In this document: piece after piece, positions 24,201 to 38,558 of the stretch
How positions within the stretch are numbered: the first letter of the stretch is position 1
How the letters are laid out: the number at the start of each line of letters is the position of its first letter
From: Lytechinus pictus
Taxonomy: Eukaryota
NCBI RefSeq assembly: GCF_037042905.1
Contig: NC_087251.1
Span: 15,502,001-15,566,000 of the forward strand
Direction: 5' to 3'
DNA length: 64,000 nt
Made by a program: the position numbers and the translations under genes
Notes under the pieces: generated by a model
Told to the model about the DNA's origin: nothing
Databases searched by the model: none
The model's input: the letters and a program-made list of their open reading frames with translations, nothing else

Positions 24201-25534
24201 ATTTGTAGAACAAAATACATACTCAATCAACCAAATCGAAACGAAATATCAAAACAAAAACAATCTGAGAATAGGAAGTATAGTCATGTGTTCTTTTCAG
24301 GAAAAAAAAAAATTATCAGATATTTACATTTATAGATGAACATTCAGTAAGACAGTTGCTTCAAAACATTTTTAAGCGGGATGTTTGCATCAAATTTCAC
24401 AGGGAACTTCATCGCGGCGCAAACGAGTACAAATGTGATATTCAGTTGGGTGCCGACTGCCACTATACACCATAAGGTTTCGTTGCGGCATGGAGCTTAA
24501 TGGAATGCGGAGTAATGATCATACCTCTATTGTATAGTTGCTTACCCTATAAACTCATTCTTCAGTGAACTTTAAATAAAGTATATGATATGATAAATAA
24601 TTCTCAATGATCCGAATCAATAAGATGGGCGGTTAAAATCAAGTTAAGTTAGCTAAGAGATAACGTTTCGGACTCCGACACATTAATGGCAAAGGTTCAG
24701 GTGTCAGGGGTGGCAAAACGGATGAGAAGTCTACATAGAAAAAAAAATCTTCCCACAATCCTTTATGAAAGCCTCCATTATTTTGCAAAACTAGTCTACC
24801 ATCAATGTCAACTAAACTTCGAAGACAATTAAGGATTCAGTCATTTAATAGAAGTTTACTATTAGGTTATGTGAGACTATACTTAGAAGGCATCAAGGAA
24901 CTCCGTTTTGCACTTTCCTTTCAATTTTTGTGTAAAAAATATCACAAATAACAAAAAATGATTACCTGGTAATAAATAAGCATATTTCGACACACATATA
25001 CCTAAATTCTTTCAATATAATCATTTCTAGACATGAAATTTCACTCAAAATTATTCCGAACATCGGTGGTATAATATCCTTATGTTAGATTAAAAGATTT
25101 TTCTCAAAACCCATAACGATCTGTAAATTTAAAATCTGCTTGTAAGATATGAGTAACATTGATTATCAACACAATACGATTACCATAGATATACAGTCGG
25201 GTTGCTTGCAGTAGACATTCTGTCAAATTCTGTCTGCTATCAAAAACAAAGACAACCTTGAATTGATTACATTCCCGAATAACATAAATACATAGTGTTA
25301 TAAATGACACTTAGACACAATGACACAGACAAGGACGAATGATCAATGCCTCGACGGTTTCTCGGAATGGATACATTGCTGCGTCAGCACCATCAATGAA
25401 AACTGCTTGGAAAAAATAGGACGTTGGGCAGTCACAGTCGCATCCATCTTTCCACGGGAGACTTCCATGGAAGGAATCAGTTCGTGTGCATCCAGGCACA
25501 AAGTTAACAGCCAAATTAAATTGGCAAATGGAGA

Positions 25535-28500
25535 TCATGATACGAATTGACGTTTTTGCCAGAGCAATCTATTGCCAGTGCCCCACCCACTGCTTTGGTC
25601 CGGTTTATCATCAGAGTCATTCTGGTAATCCATCCTCGACATCGGAAGTGATGCAGCCGACCGTGCACCCATCGAATTTGAGTACCCGCTCTCGTAAAAG
25701 TCCACGATCGCCTGGTTCCGAGAACGGAACGACCGACGTAAGGTATTTTCCCGACTCTGCTGCATTCCCGATCCGGGCATGGTACCTCCGCCGAAAACCG
25801 AGAAGTCGACATTCGGATCGTTGTGGGGACCCGACACCGTGTTCATGTGGCTGTTCGACCTCGAGCGATTCACCTGGTTGCCGTTGTCGATATCCGCTGT
25901 CAGGTCGGGTTCACCCCAAGTGTGTTTCATATCAAGAATCGAGATCTGCGTTGATTCCGTGGGCGATGACGGAGGAAGTGACGGTTTGGTTGAGGCATTT
26001 GACTTGGATGAATGTCGGCGCTCTGGGGGTAGCATTTCAAGATTGGGTGGCCGTGGAGGAGCACCATTTGACATCCGATAAGGGTATCCATTATTATCCG
26101 ATATCTGAAATGTATTATACAGAATATTCAAAAATAAATCTCAACCGGGAGGAAAATGGTTTTCTTTACTTAAAACAAAAAATTCAAAAATATATCAACG
26201 CTCAACGCTCTAGGGAGTATGTTGACATATTTTTTGTATATATTGGCAAGCCACTCTTACATGAGGAGTTATGTATTAATTGATAATTGTGTTTTGAATG
26301 CATCTCTATAAAAGACCAGCAGACCAACGGACTGGTGAATCATTTCCAATCCTCATGAAACAAAATTTACACACATGAAACTTTGGGAACGTAATGGTCC
26401 ATATTATAATGAAAATCTAAAGAGATGATGAATAAGAAATGCGTTAAATTGTTATAAGATCAACTAAATTCTAAATGATTTTATCTCCGAAAGTACATGC
26501 TTTGATATTACTTTATATATCTTCAAGTATTCACTGAAGAAAGTAATGACTGATGCGAATTAAATATCATCATTATTATTATTCTTAATGATGTGAATAT
26601 ACTTACGACTTCGTCGTCATCTTCTTTGTAGGCTGGATTCCTCATGGCAATAGACCCTTTTCGACTCCTGCTCTCTTCAAAGAGTATCTGATCAATCTCG
26701 CCGAGGTCGTTTCTTGCATCAGGTCCTTCCGGGTCATTCCTACATTGCATGTTGAATGTGTGAAAGATGGAAAGGGAAGGGTTGGAACAGAGAGAGAAGA
26801 AATACAAAGTTGTGAAGGTCGACAATAAAAGATTTCGGAACAAAATCGTAAAATTTATGTACAAAAAACGTTATCATCGATCACCTGATCTGTTTATTAT
26901 TTATGATTTACCTTTGCATTATCAGCCCCCACTGTCCCCCCCCCACCCCCACTTGTAAAACTGTCCAAGACCAGACATGCTGCACTCATTTTTTTCTGTT
27001 AAGAGGGTCATCCAAGCAAGTCGTAAATTATATGACAAATTAACTTCGACGATGTCGGGTACAGTTTTGTTCTTTTCACGAAATCGGTCCTGTTAAATCC
27101 CCCTTTTTTTTTTTGGGGGGGGGGGGATAATTATAGACCAATGTCTGCTAGGAGGCGTAATCTCTGAGGATGTTATACCTTCTCCGCATGCAGAGACGCT
27201 AATTCATTATTGAGCAAATGTCATGGAACCGTTTCATGGTACTTTAATTTCTATCGATATATTGAAATAATAAGCGCAGTATTGCTTAAGATAACAATTC
27301 TTTTGTCAAATTTCTAGGGTCCACCAATTTCAACAAACAAGATAAACAACAGCGGCCAAAGTCAACTTTCTTAGGTCAAGGTGATGCCTGTTGAAGTCCT
27401 GCGATCATTCAAGAACATGGTTAATCTTTGGGCTACATATTATCTGTTCTAACATAGCAAACATAATGTTTACATCGTATATGTTCATTTTAATGTTTAA
27501 GGATCACGTGAAGAAAAAAATATAAAAAGTTAATTGATAATTCACGGTTGCATTTATACCCTACTATATTATAATATATACTTTCTTTATTTTTGCCTCT
27601 TTTGTTGTATCGACGTGGAGCCACTCACCAATCTACAGGTCTGAATATTCTGTCCCGAGGTTCAACTGGATGTTTCTTTGACTTTTTCTCATGTCTCGTT
27701 TTAGTTTGATCGTCATCCCTCCTGATAGAAAAAATAAAAGAAAGTAAGAATGTTGAATCAATGTTAGGTATATTTGCAGACGGGTTCCTGAACATGGAAA
27801 ATTTTGAAGATACTCATTGCTCTAAGTCTAATGAGTATATCAGAAAACATTAGCCATATCCCACAGAAAGCTTGGAATTACTGATCAGGCAATGTTAATA
27901 TACCGACCAGGTAGTAGATCACTCACTTTACCTAAAATCATTGGCGTAACACGGGTAGAAACATTGAAGGGTTGTTTTGGATACGGTGTACTATTTGCAC
28001 TAACATGTGCAAAAGTAGCCTCAAATCTAGTTTCCGAACTAGTGATTAAAAATAAGCAAATCCGCCAAGGGTAAATCAATATTATGCTTGCATTAAAACA
28101 CCTTCTAAGTGTGGAAATGTTTTGGGCAGCCCCCCCCCCTAAAAAAAAGGAACAAAATCCAAGACGGGAAGGGTAAAATATCAAACTTTGGATAAAAAAA
28201 AATAAGGACCTACTTTGAATACAAATGAGTATTACCCCCTCTCTCTCCTTATCTTTCCCTATCTTCTCCTCTATACCCATCTCCTCTTTCTCTATCTACC
28301 TCTTTACCAATCTCTCTTTCCTTCAGCCCTTTCCCATTTCCTTTCAACTCAAGAGACTAGACCCAGTTCTCATCTACTTCCTTGAACTTATTTCCATTAA
28401 ACCAGATCAGGAAACTATAGAGGAACGCCTCTGAACAGATTCCCAGAACCACTTCATGTAAAGTGGTCTTGTTGCTATGGGAACACTCTAAGCGGAGCAT

Positions 28501-29439
28501 CCACTAAACTGGTTTCCAACTAGTTTAAGGAAGGAGATGAGAACGGGGTAATAGATGAGCCCATGGCTTACTTGGAGTTTCGATAATAGATGCACCCGAC
28601 AACGCAGAGCATGATGATGACGAGAAGGAAGAGTGTTCCTGCGACCGCCCCGACGATGATGATGATGGTATCGGTGCTGAGTCCACCGCTCGGTGCAACC
28701 GTTGTAGGCTGATTATTACCTACATGATCAGATGATAGTATTTATAAAATATATCATTCCAACAGCAACCGCTGGTACAGATAAGGCATTACAAAATAAT
28801 TAGAAGTGCAACAAATATCCACTGTCTGACATTGCATAATTTTATGCCATTGCTGTACTTACACTTTGAAGTTTATTTATAACTTAGATGATTGAAATCA
28901 CGTTTACTCTTCTTTTTCTATTTCATATTTTCTGTTTTCTTGCTTTATGTCATACATTTATATTGCATGTCTCTATAAGGTCTCCCTTTACGGTACCTCT
29001 CGATTGTTATACCCTGTTCTTTTCTATGATCATACAGTGCTAAATTCTCACTTTAAAAGGCTTTATACAGCTTTGGGATCATTATTTTTAGGCCCATCTT
29101 TCTTTTTTTTTCTTCAATTTAGAATGGGGGTATAGGGTAGTTTGAAATTGACAAAGTGATGTAAAGATAATCTCTTTTTACACACCTGCTTTTAACTCAC
29201 CTTTCTTCTTTCTTTTTCCTTTCTCCTTCTTTTTTCTTTATCATTTTTTTATCACACTTAAAAAATCATACACCACCCATGCAGTGCCACCCCTACTTCA
29301 GAACATTGATTTTCAATGAGCATTTTTACTTTGATGTGTTGTGTACAAACATACTTGCAAATTACGGTATTTTTTGTATTTCAACATGGTTTGGTACGAC
29401 GTCTAATGTTTTCAACTTACCAGTTTCTTGTGTTGCCAT
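25535..29439 (-). CDS. Uncharacterised type III single-pass membrane protein (320 aa) with NPxY and YxN motifs in a long low-complexity tail
   Basis: Exons 29439-29421 (ATG in acaaATGG), 28719-28572 (TM IIIIVGAVAGTLFLLVIIMLCVVGCIYY), 27721-27629, 26739-26607, 26104-25535. All introns are GT-AG, phases join, total 963 nt. The exons are GC-richer than the flanks. The start codon is the least certain part. Confidence 0.8.
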
Positions 29440-30682
29440 TTGTAGAAGAGACCTATGTTAACAAAACAAAAGAACATATCATGACCGTAGAATGTTGTTA
29501 CTCGAATGAAATTGAAAATGTTAGGATGATAAAATGTTGAAATCATGGGGTCGTCTAGAAAGGACTACTTTATTGGAGAGATGCCCTCTGCCAACCATGT
29601 ATACATTTGGTGTATAGGCCTATGACTCCTTCATTACTGTGTACATATACATTATTATGTTCACATCTGTTGCAACCTGCAGTACTGTACATAAAACAGG
29701 AAATAGATCAAATAAAATCAGAGCTTCTTTGATGCAGATCATGATGTGTTTCTGTATCAGCTTTATGCCACCACATTATGTTGGCAAAGTTCCGCATTTA
29801 TTAGATGTTGTTGAATTTGCAGACAATTGAATTAATGACCTCATGATCCGTATTGTAAATGGAGGAAATATTATCTTTTTACAGAAAATTGAAATATAAG
29901 TACGTGTATGAATTCTAAAATTAATATAATTTCTTCTCTTATTTGACAAATTTAACTCACTGTTATATGCTTCAGTGCGGAAAGAAAGAACGAAAGTGGC
30001 TTCGAACTTTATAATCATATCTGACAAATTTATAGTATTCTTACTCAGAGTTTGTCGAAAAGGAAAGTGAATGGGTGTGTTTATGCTTTCCTTGCGAAGA
30101 GAGGATCAGCGTTTTCAAACGCTTTTTCAGAAAGCCCATCGCAAAAGTGACATTTATTGAGTAAAAAACCCCAAAACAATCATTGATCAACGGTAAGTTG
30201 AATACACATATTTGAAATGAAAATAAGAAACACTTACTCTCATTATGTACATGAAATTACCACAAATATTTGCCGTTGAACGCTATGATCTCCATGATAA
30301 ACATATATATAAAGCCAAAAAACGAATCTAAAAGGACTAAATTACATGATGTGCTCTCTTGATCTTCAAAAGATAAATTTAGAGAAACGCCTTATATCTT
30401 TCACCCTATACCCTTCCCCTATTTATTAGAATGCTATGACGACTCTGAGGTGTCACAAAAGGGAAAGATCAGACCTTAATGCCTGATTATGAAAATTCCG
30501 TCCTCCCCGCCCCCACAAAAATGAAGAAAATAAATCATCTACATACTATATTGTATTAAAAAAAAAGACAAATATTTACATCTTTTCCATTTTCCCTATA
30601 TACTTGTTTTTATAAAAGAGGTGACGAATTCAAATTTTCATCATAATAGTAGACCGGTAGGATTGCGGCTGAAGAATATTAA

Positions 30683-31284
30683 AAGAAAATTAAACCTTTG
30701 AAACAAGATAGCTTGTGTGAAAACAGAAAAATCAAAGAAACAGATCAACAAAAGTTTGAGAAAAAATGAATAAATAATAAGAAATTTATGAGCCTTTGAA
30801 GTTTAAAGATCATTATTGTAATGTAAATGCTCCAGTTGGCAATGCGACAAATATGTGTGATGTCACATGTGAACAACTTTCCCAATACTTTTATATGTAT
30901 TTCACTTAAATTGCCGTTTTTATCACTTCTATCGGTAGATCATGTATTCTTTCTAAAGGAGGGCATGTAATACAGATTTTCAAAGAATACATGTACATTA
31001 TGCATAAAGAGTTTGTATCACCACAAGAAAGAACAAAAATAGACAATTTGGGGGAATTTTATAGTCCATCAAAGGGAAAGTTGTTCACATGTGACATCAC
31101 ATATCTTTGTCGCATTGCCAATAGGGGGATCTCCAAATTCTCCATAGCATTATAGTGATCGCAATATTCAAATGCTCATAACTTTTTCATTATTTGTCTG
31201 ATTTTTCTCAAATTTTCTTTGATCTTATTCTTTGATTTTTCTCTTTCCACACAAGCCCACTTGTTCCAAAGGTTTCATTCCCGT
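30683..31284. mobile_element. TTAA-flanked MITE (same family as 45532-46118)
   Basis: TTAA at both ends and long imperfect TIRs (AAACCTTTGAAACAAG / CTTGTTCCAAAGGTTT; TTGGCAATGCGACAA / TTGTCGCATTGCCAA). Confidence 0.85.
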
Positions 31285-32308
31285 TTAATAGAAATATTCA
31301 TATACAACAGTTTACCATTCATTATCAAGATTTACAGGATTCTACACACATGAAGCTTCCCACAGAAATATTGAATGCTTCATAGTACACTACCTTATTT
31401 TTTCTAAAATACCGAAGAAGGCCTAACAAGTTTTGTTGTTGTTGATCGCGTTGGTGTCAATGATAGCGAAGTGGTAGTGAATAAGAATGGAATGCCTGTT
31501 TTCATTACGTGCATATTCCAAATATTTCATTCAAAATAATATTGCTGAATGCCTTTTCATAGTATTCAATAGAGGATCTGGGTAAGTACAGGAAATCTTA
31601 GAGATTACAGACTTCAAAACACAACTTATGAATTGAAAAAGATGTGGGGGAAATTAAGTTGAATCCCGTAAAAATTTCGGCGTTTTGAATATGAGTTTAG
31701 ATGATTCAACATTCTGTAATTCCGGTTATTGAATAATGCAGTTTCATTATACATTTTTGGATTACAATGTAATCATAAAAAGTTTTGTAGGTGTTCACTT
31801 TGCTCATATAATGTACAGTACATGTATGTAGGACCATATTGTACAGAAAAGACATTGATTTAGACAAATTCGACTCTCTTCTATTTCACCTGTGTTCTAA
31901 TTTTTTTGAAACGAATTCGTAAAATAAATATACTCTTTAAACATTTCAAATAAGTTGAATAATACTTCAACAACAAGCACTGCCGAGTATGCCCTTTACC
32001 GTGAATGGAATACGTACATCTCTTTTCTTGTCGTTATATCTGCTTTAGATCACAAACATGGAATCCTTGAGTGAAAGGCAAATAGAATCAGAGAGAGAGA
32101 GAGAGAGAGAGGGGGGGGGTGGTGAAAGTGCTGACGTCATTTTGTTTGGGGGGAGGGGTAATTCCACATCATGATCAACAACTTGCTATGCAGAACCTTA
32201 TTACTTTTTTTCGAAGTCGTCCAAGTCGGACATTTAAAAGTCAATAAACAGAGTGATCATTCTGTCATTATAATATACATACATGTATCTGTCATGCCAT
32301 GTTCAAGT

Positions 32309-32329
32309 TATATATATATATATATATAT

Positions 32330-32392
<63 letters not shown>
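32309..32392. repeat. (TA)n microsatellite
   Basis: Direct reading. Confidence 0.95.
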
Positions 32393-32396
<4 letters not shown>

Positions 32397-34993
32397 TTGA
32401 ACATGGCAGAATCACTTAAGTTATTAATTCATGTTTAAAAATCTGTTGTTAATGATTAATCTATATATTTGGGAGTATCATCGACCTCACAGAATGTATA
32501 TTTTTAGGGTAAGGTAATCTTGCCTTCTGTTGCATCTATACATAAACGCTATCTTCGATAAATCGACATTTTTAGAATCTACGGTATTTACATCGGCAAT
32601 CGAATTCGGGTTATTTTTAATAACAAGAATGGTCATCAAAAGCTAATTTATGAAAAGTGCATCAAATGTAAAATGTAATTGCATTTAATGAACTAATGAT
32701 CATTTTTGCATATTCGATAGTAATAATATAGGCCAATGCACAATCTCAATCCTCGAAGAATTAAATATTTGGCGAAACACTCTTGTTTTCACGCGTGTGT
32801 TGTTCTCTCAAATTGACAAAATCTTTGTCGATCTGCAAACAATACGAGGGCGTGTTCGATCAATGTTTTGTCAATGTCCACAAACCGCAAACATTCCACA
32901 AAAGATAAATTAAATTTGACTTGTTTCCATGGTTATAAAAGAGTGACACGACAAAATATAATTGTTTGCTTAAAAATAAATAGCTTATAGACATATTCAC
33001 GCCTTTTACAATGATAACATCATCATGGAGTTTAACATGAGATCGCACATTATTTGTCATCAGCTTAGAGATTTTCTTTAAAAAAAACACCAACACTATC
33101 ACGTATGGAACCTGAATGTGTTCCATATCCATACTACAGAATTACGAAACAATTGATTTGATTTGATTTGATTTGATTTCCACATTCCAATAACAAAAGT
33201 ATTTAAAAGTATAAATAATATATTTTAGATCTACAGGAGTTAATGTGAACAGATTCTAAGACCAAAATACGACCCAGAAGAGAAATAGGATACTTCAGTG
33301 ATAGGATATAATGAAGTATAAATTTATTATTGCAAAATGATTATTACAGATAAATTTCCTGCATGATGTCCTGCATGATAATAGTGAATGCAACGAATTT
33401 GTTCTGTGCATGATCACAAAAGACATTATTCAAACCATGTATGATACAAACTCAAAATGATTTCATAATAATTAGGGCTTTTTTAAATACTTTATAGCAG
33501 TACCGTGTCATGTAAGTAATGATGCAAATACGATTTCAGGTACGGTGTATTGTAGGTCTTTATAGTTCTTAAGGTAAATAATTCCTGGAATTTCGGGAAA
33601 GAAACATCCATACGTTTAAATTATACTTATAGGCTTGTATAATCCTAAAAATGAATCGAACTCTCTTTTTGTGTGGTATAATTATAAAAGGAAAAGTCGC
33701 TCGCCAATTCCGCACCTATAAGCAGATGGTTGGGGTTACGTTACACTCAATGTCTTCCATAATTTTGTGAAGTATTGAATTATAATTTGAAGTATATATT
33801 TTGAAGCACATAATTGCATAGCCACACCCCAACACATATTTTCCTTAAATATGAGCCCTATTATAGTTCATTTTCCTCTTGACTTGCTTAACATTGTCTT
33901 TCTATTAGCAGTTTCAGAATGTACTTTTTATTTTATTTATTTAATTATTTATCTTTTTCGACAGACATAATTTGTTGCATCGATTCTTGTTTTATTGAGC
34001 ACATGGCTTATGTTGCAATTCATGAATTTACAAACTAGACATGATTATTCTTTTCCCAATATTAAATTGATGAGATGTGGCACAATTTGTGTGGAAGTGA
34101 TGACCTTCTCTCTGTCATTGTTTTTGATCAAACTTCTTTAAGGTTACCCTGGATCTGCCCCCTATTCAGTTATGTAAAATATCATTATAAATTCAATATT
34201 GTTGCTTATTTAGAAACAAATCTAATAAGCAAAGACTATCGAACAAGTGCGATAAAGTACATGATAAACCACAATGCACTATACCCAGAAAAATGTCGAA
34301 TACAATGCTTGTTGTAATTGTCAATTGACAATAAGAACGCACCGAGTTAGACTGTATAAAATGCAAAATAATATCAATTCATCCGAGCGTTCGTTACCTT
34401 TATCCTGCTTTGGCGAAATGCATTGTAATATTGATGACGAAATTCATAATACTGACGAGAACAAGAAATTGACTTCTTTCTGATAATTCACCGGTATTGT
34501 AAGTCTTATCAAAATCATTTTCTTAATCATAATAATCAACATCATTCAATCATTACGCTGTTGTAAGTATTGTGGAATGACTTATCTATAGATTTACCAA
34601 CAATATCATATCATTTCACTTTTTCCTCTCTGCATTCTATTTCCCGCATCATTAACAAAATGACCTATTTATTACAGTCATCGACTTTTAATGGAGTTCA
34701 AATGGAGTTGAAGTTATATATCGCTGCTTTTAGAATATATATTTAAAAAAAACATAAAAATGTGAATTGTGTTCAAACAATTATATCTGTTATATTTGTT
34801 TTTTCCAATTCATGGGATTTTAATAAATCAACTTCTGAGGGTTTCCATTGCTAAAAATAAACATGGGAGTTTATGGTAAACCATGTTCACGATATTATGC
34901 TAAGTCTCCCGCTATTTCTCCATTTTCATTGTGTTTGGAGGTAAACTACTGAGCCAGTGTAAACTCAATATAAAAAAAATCTTCAAGAATCTT

Positions 34994-35210
34994 CACTCTA
35001 AAAACAAATCAGTCAAAAATGACTACTTAATAGGGTCAGCTGGGTGCAACTGTTATTCTAGTCATATTTGACTATTTTCTAGTCGTATTTTACTAGAACA
35101 GAGTTATTTCTAACTAGAATATAATATTATGTCAAAAATGTGAATAGCATATCAGTTACACCCAGCTGACTACTTGTCTTGTCAATTTCACTGAATTTGT
35201 TTTAAGAGTG
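34994..35210. mobile_element. CACTC-ended MITE (a related end lies near 21900-22106)
   Basis: CACTCTAAAAACAAATCAGT / ACTGAATTTGTTTTAAGAGTG. Confidence 0.65.
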
Positions 35211-36034
35211 TACGATATGCAGGTGATAGTATGCATGCTATCGTTCCTTTCAGATGGTGTTCCCGAAATTGCAACTCTCTTTTATATGGATGGAATAATA
35301 AAGTAATCAATATAATCGATAGCATTCAACAAACTGTGCTAGAATAAAGTGACGGTAGGTAGGCCTATATTGAGAAATATATTGGGTTGGAAAATCCAGG
35401 GAATATGTCCCTGGACGAATGTGATTGTAATCTACTTTGTAAGAGGGAAAAGTGATTGGATGAATGTGTATGTAAATTTAGTTTAACGATCCCTATAATT
35501 GGCGTAAAGGCGAATAGGACCCACCGTTTGAAAGTTTTGAAAGATGGTGTACATGTATGTACAAAAACAATAACACTTCTTATCCGAGGAGGGTAATTCG
35601 TGGGCATCACGTATATAAAGTGTGCTGAATCTACCTATTACATAATAGTTTCCAAGACATTTGCTCCGGCGAAAATTGCTCTGCTGCAAATCCCACACAT
35701 TCCTGGATAGCCTAACCCTAAACTTAACATTATAACCATATCGCAACCCTAACCCTATATCTTAGATGAAATAAAGCACGGAGCAATTATTGTCGCCGGA
35801 GCAAATGTTGTGTCACTGTCACCACATAATAATCACCATTATCCACGAGCATACAGGTGAGGGTTGGGAGTGCCCACATCCCATAAAAATGTTCACAAAA
35901 GTAACTTTTGTGTGAACTTATTGTATTTAATTTCAAAAACATATTCTTTTGATCTAATTTATTCTGGTCAATTATCTCCAAAAAAAATCAGAACGATTGT
36001 CACGTGCAGTAATAATGATAGTGCGGCTTCTCCT

Positions 36035-36128
36035 GATGACGACGACGATGATGATAATACACGTAATGATGATGATCATCATCATGATACTACTACTACT
36101 GCTGCTATACTACTACTACTATTACTAT

Positions 36129-36160
<32 letters not shown>

Positions 36161-36388
36161 TAATAATAATAATAATTAAAAAAAAATAATAATAATCATC
36201 ATCATCATCATAATAATAATATAATGAAAGGGATAGTGATAGGCCTAATTATCATGCATAATCAACAATAAACATGTGGTTTTAACAATGGCAACGATAG
36301 CAGCAGCAGCAAAAGTGCATTAGTAGTATAGGCCTATAGTAGTACATTACAAGTAGTAGTAGTAGTAGTAGTATAGTATAGTAGTAGT

Positions 36389-36420
<32 letters not shown>

Positions 36421-36442
36421 TAGTAATAGTAGTAGTAGTATA

Positions 36443-36505
<63 letters not shown>

Positions 36506-36579
36506 AAGTAGTAGTAGTAATAGTATTATTATTATTATTAGTAGTAGTAGTAGTAGTATAGTAGCAGCAGCAGCAGCAT

Positions 36580-36664
<85 letters not shown>

Positions 36665-36690
36665 CAGTAGTAGTAGTAGTATAGTAGTGT
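36035..36690. repeat. Compound trinucleotide microsatellite (GAT/CAT, TAC, AAT, TAG, CAG)
   Basis: Direct reading. Confidence 0.95.
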
Positions 36691-36877
36691 AGGCATATCT
36701 ATGCTACTTTAGAAGTAGTAGTAAGAACCCAGAGTAAGAATATTGAACGTACAGGCTAATGGGAAGTTTACACGTTGGAAAATATATTGCACATAATGAT
36801 CCGATTATTCACATTAATGAAAAAGTGAATACATGAATATTGTACATTGAAATGGTACAAGAATAGAGTGTACTTAC

Positions 36878-37060
36878 AATTATTTATCCCGCTCACTGAA
36901 GCCCAAGTTTCGCAGTCCTTTCGGGTGCTCAGCCAAGGCAACACTAAAGATGTGCCGCCTAGAATTTATCCTTAATTGGTAGTAAGGACGAAAGACGTCA
37001 CCGGTTCCAAAAAAATTCGTCACCAAAAGAATAAAATATATCGCAAGTTCAGCCCCTCCC
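36878..37060 (-). other. Probable non-coding first exon / promoter-proximal region of the membrane-protein gene
   Basis: Strong donor ATT|GTAAGTA at 36878/36877. The upstream segment has no ATG and adjoins a CpG-containing unique region (about 36900-37600). The 5' boundary is not defined. Confidence 0.4.
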
Positions 37061-38558
37061 TCTTTTACTTGTGTGCGTTCAATTTTGTTTTATCAAAAGT
37101 AAGTTGAACAAAACAGTGTCTGTGTATATACACACGTCCACTTTGCTGTGACATAAATTATAATGAATAATATTATTCCTCTGGTGACGTCTGATCAATG
37201 TGTACGAACTAAACTTTGCCGAATCGCATGTGTGTTTATGAGGGAGGGAAATCTCACCGACCGGGTATGAATAGAACTTTTTGGGCGTACCCCGTTCAGG
37301 ATTTACTGGACCTGAACGTATCTCTTTTCAGTATAGGTACACGTTGGACGAGGGGGAAAGGGAGAGAAACTCTGCCCTATTGTCATGCAGATTGACTGGT
37401 AAACTATAGGATGGGCGACATGGGCCCTCTTCACCTCGCCCCGATATCCTCAAATTGCATTTTGCAAAGTTTACTTTGAAGATCAGTCCTTTTAAAAAGT
37501 AGAACGCCTCCGGGGTCCGAGAAAGGAGGAGTTCAGCCCGATCGAGTATTACTCTAGTCCGTGCAGGCGCAATCGCTCATTCATAAAAGTTGATCTATAT
37601 TTCGACCATTTTAATCCTAGAAAATGAAACAAGACGTATATGTCATCCAATCGAACAATAATCAACGGAGATGGTTTTAGCTTTCATGGACGGGGGGGGG
37701 GGGTAGGGCCCTCAAAATAGAAAACAATTAAGTAAAAGGGTTTGGGGACTTCACTAGTTATTGCATTGTCCCATCATTATCTGAACATAATTTCCTTGAA
37801 ACATAGGCCTATAGTGGTGAATAAGTATTCATTTGACTTCACATAATACAAAACAACCTGTATTTCAAACGAGTCGGTCTTTAATCCTCGGTTCAGTCGA
37901 CTTCACATTTTGGAAAAAAAGAGTATTGAACTCCGTCGTAATTTGTGTAAACTAAGGACATAATTTATACTATATAAAATAACTCTAACTCAATAATACG
38001 TTATTTCTAAGGTGACAAAAGATATCGACTGAATGATAAAATAATCAATAATGGATAAAACATAAGTTTACTAACTAGAATACTACGTCATAATATAAAC
38101 TTAAAATGGTTTGTGACATGAATAAACACTTCAGGGTGATATAAATTAAGTTTAGCTGCTGTTTGAAATGAGAATGAAAGCACACGTGTACAGGCGCGTA
38201 TCCAGGATTTTGCACCGGGGGGGGGGGGGGGCGACCTAATTTTGGCGCCCCTGTGAACTTTTCGGAAAATGCCCCCCCCCCCCCGCGCCAGGCAAACATA
38301 GCTGCCATAAGTGCCTGATGAAGCTAGTTGCCCATCCGAAGGTAGAAGCGGCGTGGTCTGCCGATGGTAGGATCATGGCTGCCCTGAAGACCACCAGAGA
38401 TGGTGTGACTGTGAAAAAGCCCTTTTTCACCTTGTCACAGGTAGACTCTCTGTAGACTGTAGGTGACACTATTTATTACTTTTCTGACTGTGTTCTGTTG
38501 CTGGTCTCCAATTGTTTAACAGTAACTTTAACCTTTTTACCCATCCAGTTGGCTTTGA

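Noticed and set aside
25486..26283. 265-aa plus-strand ORF
   Set aside because: Antisense shadow of the GC-rich last exon of the membrane-protein gene.
31413..31495. Thr/Ser-rich candidate exon (IPFLFTTTSLSLTPTRSTTTKLVRPSS) for the membrane protein
   Set aside because: Its donor is weak and phase 0, which fits neither the 29452 (phase 2) nor the 28719 (phase 1) acceptor.
35657..35808. Telomere-like TAACCC hexamers
   Set aside because: A few degenerate units inside a small element bounded by 16-bp inverted repeats (ACATTTGCTCCGGCGA); not an interstitial telomere array.
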